DNA of 64,000 bases from Nanobdellota archaeon (GCA_038044925.1 JBBSZC010000004.1:11166-75165); one strand, 5' to 3'; numbered from the stretch's first letter, positions 1 through 9,105 are shown. Notes: generated by a model not told the origin, from the letters alone. Numbers and translations are program-made.

Positions 1-14
1 TACACCACTTAAGC
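1..14 (-). tRNA. possible 5' end of a tRNA gene cut by the window edge
   Basis: Minus strand reads GCTTAAG TG GTGTA, resembling an acceptor stem, U8-G9 and D-stem start; the rest lies outside the window. Confidence 0.25.
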
Positions 15-77
15 GATATTTTCTCGAGGAGGAATTATAATTTAGTTTTTTCACAATTTTAGACTAGATAATAAGAA

Positions 78-539
78 TTATTCTCTAAACACATATCTTC
101 CTCTATCTTTGTAAACGACTTCTCCTCTAAATTGTTCTCCCTTTTGATATAATTGAGATTGATAAGCTTGATTTAGAACTGATGCTACTTCATCAGCAGT
201 TTGATGATTAGTCGCATTTGGATAAGTTGCTTCCATCACATACCTTATTCCTGCATCTTTAGCTTCTCTTGCAATTTGAAGTAATTGAGGATCTCCTGTT
301 AAAGTATCTGTTCCTTCTATTAAAGAAAGTTCTAGTGGATTTGGAGTTTTAACACATTTTCTAATAAAAGGAAGTTCTTTTTCTATATCTCCTTTTATTG
401 CTTCACAATTAAAAAATGCGTATGCTTTCCCCACCTTTGTAGATTTCCTTGAATTATAGTCTTCTCTACTAGGATGAACTACAATACCTTGTCTATCAAC
501 AAAGGACATCTCTCTTGGAAATTCTATTTTGTTTGCCAT
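78..539 (-). CDS. hypothetical protein
   Basis: 153-aa ORF with a TATA-like box (TTTAAAT) about 25 nt upstream. Confidence 0.7.
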   Translation of the reverse strand: MANKIEFPREMSFVDRQGIVVHPSREDYNSRKSTKVGKAYAFFNCEAIKGDIEKELPFIRKCVKTPNPLELSLIEGTDTLTGDPQLLQIAREAKDAGIRYVMEATYPNATNHQTADEVASVLNQAYQSQLYQKGEQFRGEVVYKDRGRYVFRE

Positions 540-656
540 AGATTATATAGTCATATCTACTATTTAAATCTTACTATTGTTGTTACTTAATAATTACATT
601 CTATACCTTATAATTTTATTACATATAATACAAATATTTATAAACTATATTGTAAT

Positions 657-1916
657 ATGATTATTATGTTGCAAGAAATAAAGGAGATAATAACATTACA
701 GAAACGGGAAATTGAAATAAAACTCAAAGAAAAGTATATTGAAAGAAATCAGAATTTGAAACTGAATAATGATTTGATAAAAGTGATAATTGGGCCTAGA
801 AGAGCTGGAAAATCATTTTTTGCAATACACTTTTTAAACAATCAAGGGAAATTTGGCTATGTGAATTTTGACGATGAAAAATTAACAGATGTAGATAATT
901 ATGATGAAATAATTACTGCTATGAACTCTGTTTACGATAATCCTAAATTTGTTCTTTTTGACGAGATTCAAAATCTGCCTAAATGGGAGCTATTTGCCAA
1001 TAGACTGCAAAGGCAAGGATATAATTTAGTTATTACTGGAAGCAACTCAAATCTTTTAAGCAGAGAATTAGCAACACATCTTACTGGAAGACATTTATTA
1101 ACCAACATCTTTCCATTTTCTTTTAAAGAATATCTCAAATTTGAAAATAAAGAATTAATAACTGCTGAAATAAAAGAAAAGTTATCACAATACTTACTTA
1201 ATGGGGGTTATCCAGAAATATTGTCAAAAAAAGTTGAATTAAAAGAATATCTATCCAATTTGTTTAATTCAATATTATACAAAGACATAGTAAAAAGATA
1301 TAAAATAAGAAATCCTAAACAGATTGAGGATTTAGCGCTTTATCTTATTTCAAATATTGCAAAGGAATATTCTTATAATTCCTTAACAAATATTGGGAAA
1401 ATTAAAAGTTCGCATACAACAGAAAAATACATTGGTTATTTAGAAGAATCTTTTATTTTGTTTAGTCTAAGTAGATTTTCATATAAAGTTAAAGAGCAAT
1501 TATCTTCAAACAAAAAAATTTATTGTATAGATAATGGATTTATTCAAGCAAAGGCATTTAAAATAAGCCCGGATATAGGGAAACTTTATGAAAATATAGT
1601 TGCCTGTAAATTAAAAAAAGAAGAAATAGATGTAAAATCAAATTTTTATTATTGGAAAAACCAACAGCAAGAAGAAGTTGATTTTGTTATAAAAGAAGGA
1701 ATAAAAATTAAACAATTAATTCAAGTTTGCTTTAATATAAAAGATTTAGAAACTAAAAATAGAGAAATAAGAGCTTTAATTAAAGCAAGTAAAGAACTTA
1801 AATGCAATAATCTTTTGATAATAACCGAAGATACAGAAAGTGAAGAAAAAACAGAATGGTTTGGAGATAAGGCAGTTATAAAATTTATTCCATTATGGAA
1901 GTGGCTTTTAGATTAA
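657..1916 (+). CDS. AAA+ ATPase, COG1373 type (AAA_14 + DUF4143)
   Basis: Walker A GPRRAGKS, Walker B LFDEIQ, ITGSNS, GGYPE, C-terminal EVDF..IQV. Confidence 0.9.
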   Translation: MIIMLQEIKEIITLQKREIEIKLKEKYIERNQNLKLNNDLIKVIIGPRRAGKSFFAIHFLNNQGKFGYVNFDDEKLTDVDNYDEIITAMNSVYDNPKFVLFDEIQNLPKWELFANRLQRQGYNLVITGSNSNLLSRELATHLTGRHLLTNIFPFSFKEYLKFENKELITAEIKEKLSQYLLNGGYPEILSKKVELKEYLSNLFNSILYKDIVKRYKIRNPKQIEDLALYLISNIAKEYSYNSLTNIGKIKSSHTTEKYIGYLEESFILFSLSRFSYKVKEQLSSNKKIYCIDNGFIQAKAFKISPDIGKLYENIVACKLKKEEIDVKSNFYYWKNQQQEEVDFVIKEGIKIKQLIQVCFNIKDLETKNREIRALIKASKELKCNNLLIITEDTESEEKTEWFGDKAVIKFIPLWKWLLD

Positions 1917-1946
1917 TTATATATCACGAGGAAAAATGTCAGGAAG

Positions 1947-1968
1947 TTAATCCTTAGGATTAAGTAAT
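1947..1968 (+). repeat. 22-bp palindromic direct repeat, copy 1 (TTAATCCTTAGGATTAAGTAAT)
   Basis: Identical to 2666-2687; the core also occurs at 27928-27946 on the minus strand. Confidence 0.9.
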
Positions 1969-2049
1969 TCATTGAGTAAATTGTTGGTTCTTTAATCCTA
2001 TTCTCTCATAAAACAAAAAATATATAAACTATAGTCATTCTATAGAACT

Positions 2050-2289
2050 ATGGTAACAACAATTCAATTAAATGAGAATGTAAAAAATGCTCTAGATAGA
2101 TTAAAATCTAATAAAGAAACCTATGAAGACATAATTGTTAAGATGATTAATCAAATAGATGAACAGAAAAGAAAGCATATTGAACTGATGATCGAAGGGG
2201 CTAAGGAAACTGCTGAAGAAAGTTTAAAGATTACAAAAGAATTTGAGGCAATTGAAGAAGATTTTGATTGGGAATGGAAAGATAACTAA
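2050..2289 (+). CDS. putative antitoxin (RHH-like N-terminus)
   Basis: TTIQL..VK..LD.LK..ETYEDII pattern, acidic tail, directly upstream of mazF. Confidence 0.75.
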   Translation: MVTTIQLNENVKNALDRLKSNKETYEDIIVKMINQIDEQKRKHIELMIEGAKETAEESLKITKEFEAIEEDFDWEWKDN

Positions 2290-2290
2290 A

Positions 2291-2635
2291 ATGGAAATCA
2301 AGAAAGGGGATGTTGTTCTGGTAAATTTTGAACCTGTCAGGGGAAGTGAGCAGAGAGGGATTAGACCTTCACTAATTATACAAAATGATATTTTTAATAA
2401 GTACTCGCCAACTACAATTGTTGCCCCAATAACTTCAAAATTATTCAAAAAAGAATATCCTACTAATGTTTTTATAAAAAAAGAGGATTCAAAACTCAAT
2501 AGGGATTCAACTATTTTGTTAAATCAAATTAAAACCATTGATAAATCAAGAATCATAAAAAAGATAAGTTTGGTAGATATTTTTACTATGAACAAAGTGG
2601 ATAGAGCAATTAAGGTTAGTCTGGCAATTGATTAA
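2291..2635 (+). CDS. mazF: MazF/PemK family toxin
   Basis: KGDVVLVNFEPVRGSEQRGIRP..IIQND, APITS, QIKTIDKSRI. Confidence 0.93.
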   Translation: MEIKKGDVVLVNFEPVRGSEQRGIRPSLIIQNDIFNKYSPTTIVAPITSKLFKKEYPTNVFIKKEDSKLNRDSTILLNQIKTIDKSRIIKKISLVDIFTMNKVDRAIKVSLAID

Positions 2636-2665
2636 TTCTAGATAATTAAGGAAAATGTTGCTATC

Positions 2666-2687
2666 TTAATCCTTAGGATTAAGTAAT
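2666..2687 (+). repeat. 22-bp palindromic direct repeat, copy 2
   Basis: Identical to 1947-1968. Confidence 0.9.
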
Positions 2688-2703
2688 CGTGTAGGTATGT
2701 TAC

Positions 2704-3348
2704 CTAAATTTCCATTAAAACCTCTCCTATGTTAACAACTCTCGCATCAGCGTCCATATCTAATCTTGGACAAGCAGTATTTATCCATGAGCCAATATGC
2801 GGGAAATTATCGAGATCTTTAAAATTTATATCGCTGGTGAGGAATAAATATGGAATCTTATTATTTTTTTCAAGCTTGTTCTTTATTTCTATTGCTTTTT
2901 TAAAATTCTCTTGTCCTGGTTTTAGAGAAACTATAATTCCAATGCTTTTTGAATGAAGGTATTTAATATAAGATGCTTGTTTTTTTCTTTTGAATAAATC
3001 TATTTCATTATTGTTAATTTTGTAAAAAGAATTTCCTTCTAATATATAAACAGGAATTTTACTTTCTAATTGAAATGCTATATTTATTGCGTGAAATTTT
3101 CCAGAGCCTATTAATATAACTGCATTTTCTTCCCTTAGATTTATTTTTGAACAGCCTAAAACCTGAGAGAATTGCCTTATTTTATGTTTTTTATTAAGAA
3201 TATTTTTTATTTCAAGTGCCTCATCTTGGAATTGTATAGAATAATAAATAGCTATATTTTTTGGCAGTTTTAATTTTTTTAAATTTGAAATTAATATGTT
3301 TCTGTCTAAATGAGATATTCTCTTTGCAGATATTAATATAGTTTTCAT
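2704..3348 (-). CDS. dph2: diphthamide synthesis protein (short Dph2)
   Basis: QVLGC, GSGKFHA, SLKPGQ and NTACPR motifs. Confidence 0.85.
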   Translation of the reverse strand: MKTILISAKRISHLDRNILISNLKKLKLPKNIAIYYSIQFQDEALEIKNILNKKHKIRQFSQVLGCSKINLREENAVILIGSGKFHAINIAFQLESKIPVYILEGNSFYKINNNEIDLFKRKKQASYIKYLHSKSIGIIVSLKPGQENFKKAIEIKNKLEKNNKIPYLFLTSDINFKDLDNFPHIGSWINTACPRLDMDADARVVNIGEVLMEI

Positions 3349-3382
3349 GAAAAACATTAAGAAACAGGGGTTTTAAAGTTTT

Positions 3383-3782
3383 TGAATTAAGGATAATTCA
3401 CCCCGCATCAGGCTTATAGCCATGATGCTACGCTAAGAAATAAATTAATGTAGAAAACTTCAACTAATATGATTGCATATTTATAAATAACACCTAATTA
3501 ATTTGTGAATGTAATGAACAGAAATTAAGAGTAGACGATGGCTGAATGTCAAGAACTATACACTAAAGCTTCAGGAATGTAAATTCCTGACAGTCATCAA
3601 AAATCTTTGATTTTTGAGATGTATAGCGTGTTCTTCTAGTTCTTGAGCACACTCAAGACATCAAGATTTGCTTTAAGTTCTTGCAAATCTTGTGGCCGTC
3701 AAGATGCTTTGCATCTTGAGGTTTGCTTTTCCTTTCTCACGAACTAAAATAAGGAGTTTACATAAAATGCAAATCTTGATGT
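3383..3782. repeat. cluster of nested short palindromes
   Basis: Hairpins at 3383-3400, 3405-3428, 3571-3590, 3597-3617, 3641-3658 and 3699-3719; 14-bp long-range stem 3658-3671/3769-3782. Confidence 0.8.
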
Positions 3783-3783
3783 A

Positions 3784-4182
3784 TTAATATTCAAATTTGT
3801 TTGTTTTTTTGTCTTCTTTTGGGACTATAGTTTCTTTGTGGATCTTTGCGAATGAAGGAGTTACAATAACTATATTTTCTCCGAAACCTGCAATGCTTCC
3901 TTCAAGAGCTTCTGTTGTTTTTTTTATTTTTGATACTGCCCTCTTTAATTCAATAGAATCCTTTTGTCTAAGAGTTTTAATATCTATTACTGCAATTGTG
4001 TAGCCTTCCCTCAAAGAAGTTAAAATTTCATTGACATCTTCATAATTTTTTAAGAAAAATAATTTTACAAGAACCTTGCTGTCTTTTTCTTTTGCACCTA
4101 AATCCAATTCAAGATACTCGTCGCCTGAATATTCGTCGTTGAGAGAACCTCTCAACCTCTTTCTTAATCTATCAAACACCAT
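3784..4182 (-). CDS. sepF: cell division protein SepF
   Basis: LREGYTIAVIDIK..ELKRAVSKIK..GSIAG..IVTP; close to ftsZ. Confidence 0.85.
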   Translation of the reverse strand: MVFDRLRKRLRGSLNDEYSGDEYLELDLGAKEKDSKVLVKLFFLKNYEDVNEILTSLREGYTIAVIDIKTLRQKDSIELKRAVSKIKKTTEALEGSIAGFGENIVIVTPSFAKIHKETIVPKEDKKTNKFEY

Positions 4183-4247
4183 GATTTAATGAATTTATAT
4201 CAATTTATAAATATTTCGTAACTATTTTGTATATTTTAGAGATTTAA

Positions 4248-4577
4248 TCACTTTTTTTTAGAATTATCCCTCAAAATCTCTTCTCTAAGTTGAATTAGCC
4301 CTTCTTTTAAAGAATTCTCTTGTTTTTCCAGTGAATTTAAACGCAAATCAAGAAGCTTTTCTTTACTCTTTAACTCTTCAGTGATCTTTTCTTTGTCAGT
4401 TTTAAACATTATCTGCCCTACAACCTTAAAAATCTCGTCTGAAGATTTTCCTAACTCCTCTAAAGAAGATTGTGTTTCAGAAATCTCTAGTTGAAATGCT
4501 TGTTTTTGAATAAGTATGGCTTGCAGATTTTGCTCTATTATCTGAAGCTCTTGAATCTTTTCTTGTTTTTCAGCCAT
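4248..4577 (-). CDS. pfdB: prefoldin beta subunit
   Basis: Coiled coil with IFKVVGQIM hairpin; conserved position after rpoP. Confidence 0.88.
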   Translation of the reverse strand: MAEKQEKIQELQIIEQNLQAILIQKQAFQLEISETQSSLEELGKSSDEIFKVVGQIMFKTDKEKITEELKSKEKLLDLRLNSLEKQENSLKEGLIQLREEILRDNSKKK

Positions 4578-4583
4578 TTTTGT

Positions 4584-4721
4584 TTATACAGCTTTTATCT
4601 TTCTATTAAAAGTTCGAGGCTTGTAGAAGATTTTACTTCCGCAGTAAGGACAGAGGAATCTTTTTTCAAGATTCGTGTTTGTTATCTTCTTTTCACACTT
4701 GAAACATTTATATTGTGCCAT
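4584..4721 (-). CDS. rpoP: RNA polymerase subunit P (Rpo12)
   Basis: Not in the ORF track; translates MAQYKCFKCEKK..FLCPYCGSKIFYKPR..IKAV (45 aa); follows rpl37ae. Confidence 0.9.
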   Translation of the reverse strand: MAQYKCFKCEKKITNTNLEKRFLCPYCGSKIFYKPRTFNRKIKAV

Positions 4722-4736
4722 TTTTAGTTTTTTATT

Positions 4737-4955
4737 CTAATCTAAGTAAAAAGTATTTGAAGCAAATTTTTTTCTGCATTTTTTACATTGCCAAATTCCT
4801 TTTGAAACTCTTTTTACTCCAAATCTATTGCAAAAGGTACATTTTTGTTTTTGTCTTTGTTTTGATTCAACTTTTACTAACTTGTCTTTTACTTTCTTTC
4901 CGTATCTTGCTCCAAACCTTCCTGCTGATTTTGCTTTTTTTAGTTTTGTTGCCAT
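4737..4955 (-). CDS. rpl37ae: 50S ribosomal protein L37ae (eL43)
   Basis: AGRFGARYG, CTFC..GIWQCKKC. Confidence 0.95.
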   Translation of the reverse strand: MATKLKKAKSAGRFGARYGKKVKDKLVKVESKQRQKQKCTFCNRFGVKRVSKGIWQCKKCRKKFASNTFYLD

Positions 4956-4968
4956 ATTAAGTATAAAA

Positions 4969-5083
4969 TGGGGATACGCGGATTTGAACCGCGGTCGCGA
5001 GGTGTTTAGGAAGCGTCTTAAGATATCCTCCTCGAGACTTCTTCACCCAAACCTCGAAGGCTACCAGACTACCCCATATCCCC
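4969..5083 (-). tRNA. tRNA-Pro(TGG) with a 42-nt intron at 37/38 (5004-5045)
   Basis: Acceptor GGGGATA/TATCCCC, anticodon stem CGAGG/CCTCG, T-arm CGCGG TTCAAAT CCGCG. Confidence 0.92.
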
Positions 5084-5115
5084 TTAAATTAAGAGAGCTG
5101 GGAGATATTTATAAA

Positions 5116-5829
5116 TTATTTCTTTTCTGGCTTTGCTAAAGGCTTTTCTTCTTTAGCCTTTTCTGGTTCTTTCTTAATTTCTGTAGTTCCAGTAGCTGCT
5201 ACAGGTGTTCCGGCTAGAGCTTTTTTAGCTTCTGCTTCTGCAGCTGCAGCTTCAGCAGCAGCTTTTTCCTGCTGTAATAATTTCTCTTGAGCTTCTTTAA
5301 CTTCCTTAAAATATTTATCCAATTCTATTTTCTTATCAGAAGAGGTTTGAGTTCTTTCTTCTTTAATTTCTCTATCATATTTTCCTTTTTCAATTTCCCT
5401 AATTGCTTCAACTGCAGGTTTATTTTCTATTAAAATTCCTAAGGAAACACATGTTCCGGCAATTGTTTTTACTGCAGATTTTAAATCCCTGCAAAGCATA
5501 TTTGGAAGTTTTTGTTTTGCAACTGAGATTATTTGTTCAATAGAAGCATTAGCAATGTTCATTTTTTTCTGGATTCCTGAACCTTTTTCAATTCCTAACT
5601 CTCTTTTCAATAAACCTGAAGCAGGCGGAGAAAAAACTTCTATACTGAATGTTTTTGATGATGTGTCTACATCTAATTCTGCAGGGACTTTTAATCCCTT
5701 GAAACTTGAAGTTGCTTCATTTATTTTTTGTATTACTTGCCCAATATTAATTCCTGCAGGGCCAAGCTTCTGGCTAAGAGCAGGACCTGGTTTCATTTCT
5801 CCACCCTCAACTAAAAGTTTAATTTTCAT
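5116..5829 (-). CDS. rpl11: 50S ribosomal protein L11 (uL11) with a long C-terminal extension
   Basis: LLVEGG..PGPALSQKLGP.GIN, PPAS.LLK.ELG, GTCVSLG. Confidence 0.95.
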   Translation of the reverse strand: MKIKLLVEGGEMKPGPALSQKLGPAGINIGQVIQKINEATSSFKGLKVPAELDVDTSSKTFSIEVFSPPASGLLKRELGIEKGSGIQKKMNIANASIEQIISVAKQKLPNMLCRDLKSAVKTIAGTCVSLGILIENKPAVEAIREIEKGKYDREIKEERTQTSSDKKIELDKYFKEVKEAQEKLLQQEKAAAEAAAAEAEAKKALAGTPVAATGTTEIKKEPEKAKEEKPLAKPEKK

Positions 5830-6280
5830 TAGTATTTCCTCCTTCTTCACGTCTTACGACACGAATATTATCGAGCTTAATTGTTACTGGCAATGGAACA
5901 ACTGCCCCAAGCAGACTAACAACTACCTCTTCTTTTTGTTTGTCTATTCTTAAAACTTTTGCTTTTTCTTTCTTGAATGGTTCTGCAATTATTTCAACGA
6001 TGTCTCCTTCTTTTATTGAAATTGATTCTGGAGAAGGCTCTACCATATTTTTTATTTCCTCGTAAGTTATTGTTTTTCCTACAATACCTTTAACATAAGG
6101 AAGATTAAATGCGGCCTCTTCTGCTGTTTCTCTATCTTCTGTTTCTAAAAGAATATATCCTCTTAAACCATGGGGCCTTGAAACAGAAAAAACATTTAGC
6201 TGTTTTTTTTCTGCTCTTTCTGCGATTAAATCAACAGCACTTTCTTCTTTGTTTGTTGTAACTTTTATTATGAAAATCAT
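5819..6280 (-). CDS. spt5: transcription elongation factor Spt5 (NusG)
   Basis: NGN domain (GLRGYILLE) plus KOW (GDIVEIIAEPFK). Confidence 0.95.
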   Translation of the reverse strand: MIFIIKVTTNKEESAVDLIAERAEKKQLNVFSVSRPHGLRGYILLETEDRETAEEAAFNLPYVKGIVGKTITYEEIKNMVEPSPESISIKEGDIVEIIAEPFKKEKAKVLRIDKQKEEVVVSLLGAVVPLPVTIKLDNIRVVRREEGGNTNEN

Positions 6281-6390
6281 TTGTTAAAATATTATTTTTT
6301 ATTTTTATTAGTTCTAACTATCTTCTTAATTGCTAAGAAGCAGTAATAGTATTTAAAAATAGTGCTTTATAAATTTTTTGTAGGAGGTTT

Positions 6391-6903
6391 TTAAGAAGGA
6401 CTACCAAGTCTATTTCTTCCTAAATACTTTTCAAGTTTTTGGCTTAATTTCCTCCTAATAAAATCGGAATTAAGATTATATAATTTTGTTCTTAAATCTT
6501 CAACTTGCCGTCGATATTCTTGGTTATCTGGATTAGCTATGTGGTTTCTTATCATTTCCCTTTGTTCATATTCTCTTGGAAGTTCGTCTTGTTGTTTTTT
6601 ATATTCTTTTTGAACTGCTTTTTCTAATATAATAGAGTAGTCAAGAGTATATTTCCCCCGTTGTTTAATAGTTCCATGTGTAATTGTTTGAGAACCGGCA
6701 ATACCCCCCACACTCACCTCTTCAATTGAGAGAAAAACACCTTCACTTAAAATCTTTTTAGCAACAAAAAACATATATCTAAAATCATTTTCATTAGTTC
6801 TCCAATCGGGATGTTCCCTAAATGCTCTATCATCATTTAAATATATCTGAGGTAATAATTATTCAATTATTTTTATCCTTCTATCTATCTGTTTAATGCC
6901 CAT
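6391..6903 (-). pseudogene. orphan gene with one in-frame TAA at codon 15
   Basis: ATG at 6903, about 22 nt below a TATA box, is in frame with the 127-aa ORF 6391-6774; the only interruption is TAA at 6859-6861. Confidence 0.6.
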
Positions 6904-6967
6904 ATTGATGAGGATTAAATATGCTTTAAAAATTTATATGTTTTATTTATAAATTTTTGCTTGGTTT

Positions 6968-7153
6968 TTATTTTACGAAAAAAGAAACTAATATAGAAAC
7001 AAGAAAGCCCAATGCTCCAATTATTGCTATTCCAACTGCAGAAACTTTTGCAATCATCTCAAATTCTTTTCTTGTTGGTTTTTTAAGAACATGCCAAACT
7101 CTGATACATTTTTTTGTGAATTCTTTAAGATTATTTAAAAAAGCATTAGTCAT
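6968..7153 (-). CDS. secE: protein translocase SecE / Sec61-gamma
   Basis: RVWHVLKKPTRKEF plus a TM helix; ftsZ-secE-spt5 synteny. Confidence 0.93.
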   Translation of the reverse strand: MTNAFLNNLKEFTKKCIRVWHVLKKPTRKEFEMIAKVSAVGIAIIGALGFLVSILVSFFVK

Positions 7154-7206
7154 AATAAGATATTATAATAGGGGTTTTTAAGTTTTGCGGGAAAAAAGAA
7201 AAAACC

Positions 7207-8304
7207 TTACTCCAAAAATTCAATCCCTAACTCTTCTTCAATCTCTTTGTGCCTTCTATCCTCAAGACTATCTCCTTGTCCGACGATCTGAGAGCTCTTT
7301 ACGCCTGTGACAATCAATAAAACCCTGATAGATTTTTCCATATCTTCTGAAATCTGCGCACCCCAAATCATTTTTGCATCAGGAGATAATTTATTTCCAA
7401 CTGTTTCAATTATTGATTTGCATTCATCTAAGCTCATATCAGATCCTCCAATTATATTTATTAGAGCGCCTGTTGCATCTGAAATATCCACATCCAGCAA
7501 AGGATTTTGAATTGCCTTTTCAACAGCTTCTGTTGCCCTATTTTGAGAATCTGATTCTCCCATGCCTATTAAAGAAACTCCTCCATCTATCATTATTGCT
7601 TTTATGTCTGCAAAATCCAGATTTACAAGACCTGATTTTGTTACCAATTCTGTTGTACCTTTTACGGCATTTGTTAGAATTTCGTCTGCAATTTTAAATG
7701 CAGTATGTAACGGCAGTTCAGGAGCTAATTCCAGCAGTTTATCATTAGGAATTACTATTAATGTATCAACACTATCCTGCATTCTCTCTAAACCATTCAT
7801 TGCATTTTCGATTCTTTTTCTTCCTTCTATTGAAAATGGAAGCGTAACAATTCCAATTACTAGAGCTCCTTGTTTTTTTGCTATTTCAGCGATTATTGGA
7901 GCAGCGCCTGTTCCTGTTCCCCCCCCTAATCCGCAGGTAATAAATATCATGTCGCTTCCTAAAAGTTTTTTCTTTATTTCTGACTCTGATTCTTTTGCTG
8001 CTTCTGCCCCTATCTTTGGATTGCTTCCTGCTCCTAAACCCTGAGTTAATTCTCTTCCAATTAAAATTTTTTGGTCTGCATTAGCGTATAATAGATCCTG
8101 GGCATCTGTGTTCACTGCTATAAGTTCCCCTCCTTTAATCCCTATTTCCCTCATTCTGGAAAGAGAATTATTCCCTCCGCCTCCAACACCTATAACTTTT
8201 ATTTTTGCGTTTTGTTTTTTTAGTAATTCTTCTAATTCCTTATCTATTTCACTGACATTTGAAGAAATATCTATTCTGTGTTCATCCCTTTGTACAACTG
8301 CCAT
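7207..8304 (-). CDS. ftsZ: cell division protein FtsZ
   Basis: GVGGGGNN, GLGGGTGTG, NLDFAD. Confidence 0.98.
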   Translation of the reverse strand: MAVVQRDEHRIDISSNVSEIDKELEELLKKQNAKIKVIGVGGGGNNSLSRMREIGIKGGELIAVNTDAQDLLYANADQKILIGRELTQGLGAGSNPKIGAEAAKESESEIKKKLLGSDMIFITCGLGGGTGTGAAPIIAEIAKKQGALVIGIVTLPFSIEGRKRIENAMNGLERMQDSVDTLIVIPNDKLLELAPELPLHTAFKIADEILTNAVKGTTELVTKSGLVNLDFADIKAIMIDGGVSLIGMGESDSQNRATEAVEKAIQNPLLDVDISDATGALINIIGGSDMSLDECKSIIETVGNKLSPDAKMIWGAQISEDMEKSIRVLLIVTGVKSSQIVGQGDSLEDRRHKEIEEELGIEFLE

Positions 8305-8335
8305 ATTATCAAAAGAAACTTAGAGTTTATAAAAA

Positions 8336-9046
8336 TTATTGTGCACTATTTTTTGTATTTTTTGGCTTTTTTGGTTTAGGTTTCTCTGGAAGAATTTCCT
8401 CACTTACCTCTTTAATTTCCATATTTAATCCTAAAATATCCTTAAATTTATCTTTGAATAACTCTATAAATTTGGTGAATTTCTTGTCAGACTTTATTAT
8501 GATCTTATTATCTTTATCTATCTCAAAATCTAAACTTTTTCCAAAGAAAAACTCCATTAAAGAATGTACTTTTTCATTTAAATCATTGATTTTCCTTAAA
8601 ACATTAATTTCGTAGCTGACTGTTTTACCTGCTAAAGGATTATTAAAATCTGCCATTACTCTTCCGCCTGAAACAGAAATTATTTTTGCTATATTGCTGT
8701 CAAAATTAAAAATCATCCCTGGTTCTGGATTTATTTTTTGCTCTATAAATGCTTTTAATGGAATTAGTTTTATCAAAGCAGGATTTCTTTTTCCAAAAGC
8801 TTGTTCTGGCTGAAGAGTTATATTATAAGTTTTTCCTATTTCTTTATCTATTAAAAATTCATCAATTTTTTCCAAAAACATTCCATGGCCTATTGAAAAA
8901 ATAAGGGGCCTTGTTTTTTCTGCTTGAGTTGGATTTAATTTTTCCAGTTCTTTTTTTATGTTAGAATCAAATACTTCTCCTGTTTCAAATCTTCCTATAA
9001 ATTCAACTTCTATAAAGTCGTTTTTGTTTATCTTATTGTCTGCCAT
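8336..9046 (-). CDS. slyD: FKBP-type peptidyl-prolyl isomerase (SlyD-like)
   Basis: GEVFDSN, PEQAFGKR, DFNNPLAGK. Confidence 0.9.
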   Translation of the reverse strand: MADNKINKNDFIEVEFIGRFETGEVFDSNIKKELEKLNPTQAEKTRPLIFSIGHGMFLEKIDEFLIDKEIGKTYNITLQPEQAFGKRNPALIKLIPLKAFIEQKINPEPGMIFNFDSNIAKIISVSGGRVMADFNNPLAGKTVSYEINVLRKINDLNEKVHSLMEFFFGKSLDFEIDKDNKIIIKSDKKFTKFIELFKDKFKDILGLNMEIKEVSEEILPEKPKPKKPKNTKNSAQ

Positions 9047-9105
9047 TAAAAGAAAAAAAAATGGATATTTATAAATTCGAGCCCAAAAATGTATTGTAAT
9101 TTAGA

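Noticed and set aside
4828..5139. 103-aa plus-strand ORF
   Set aside because: Antisense shadow of rpl37ae and tRNA-Pro
6859..6861. Stop-codon reassignment suggested by in-frame stops
   Set aside because: TAA, TAG and TGA all end conserved genes normally in this window
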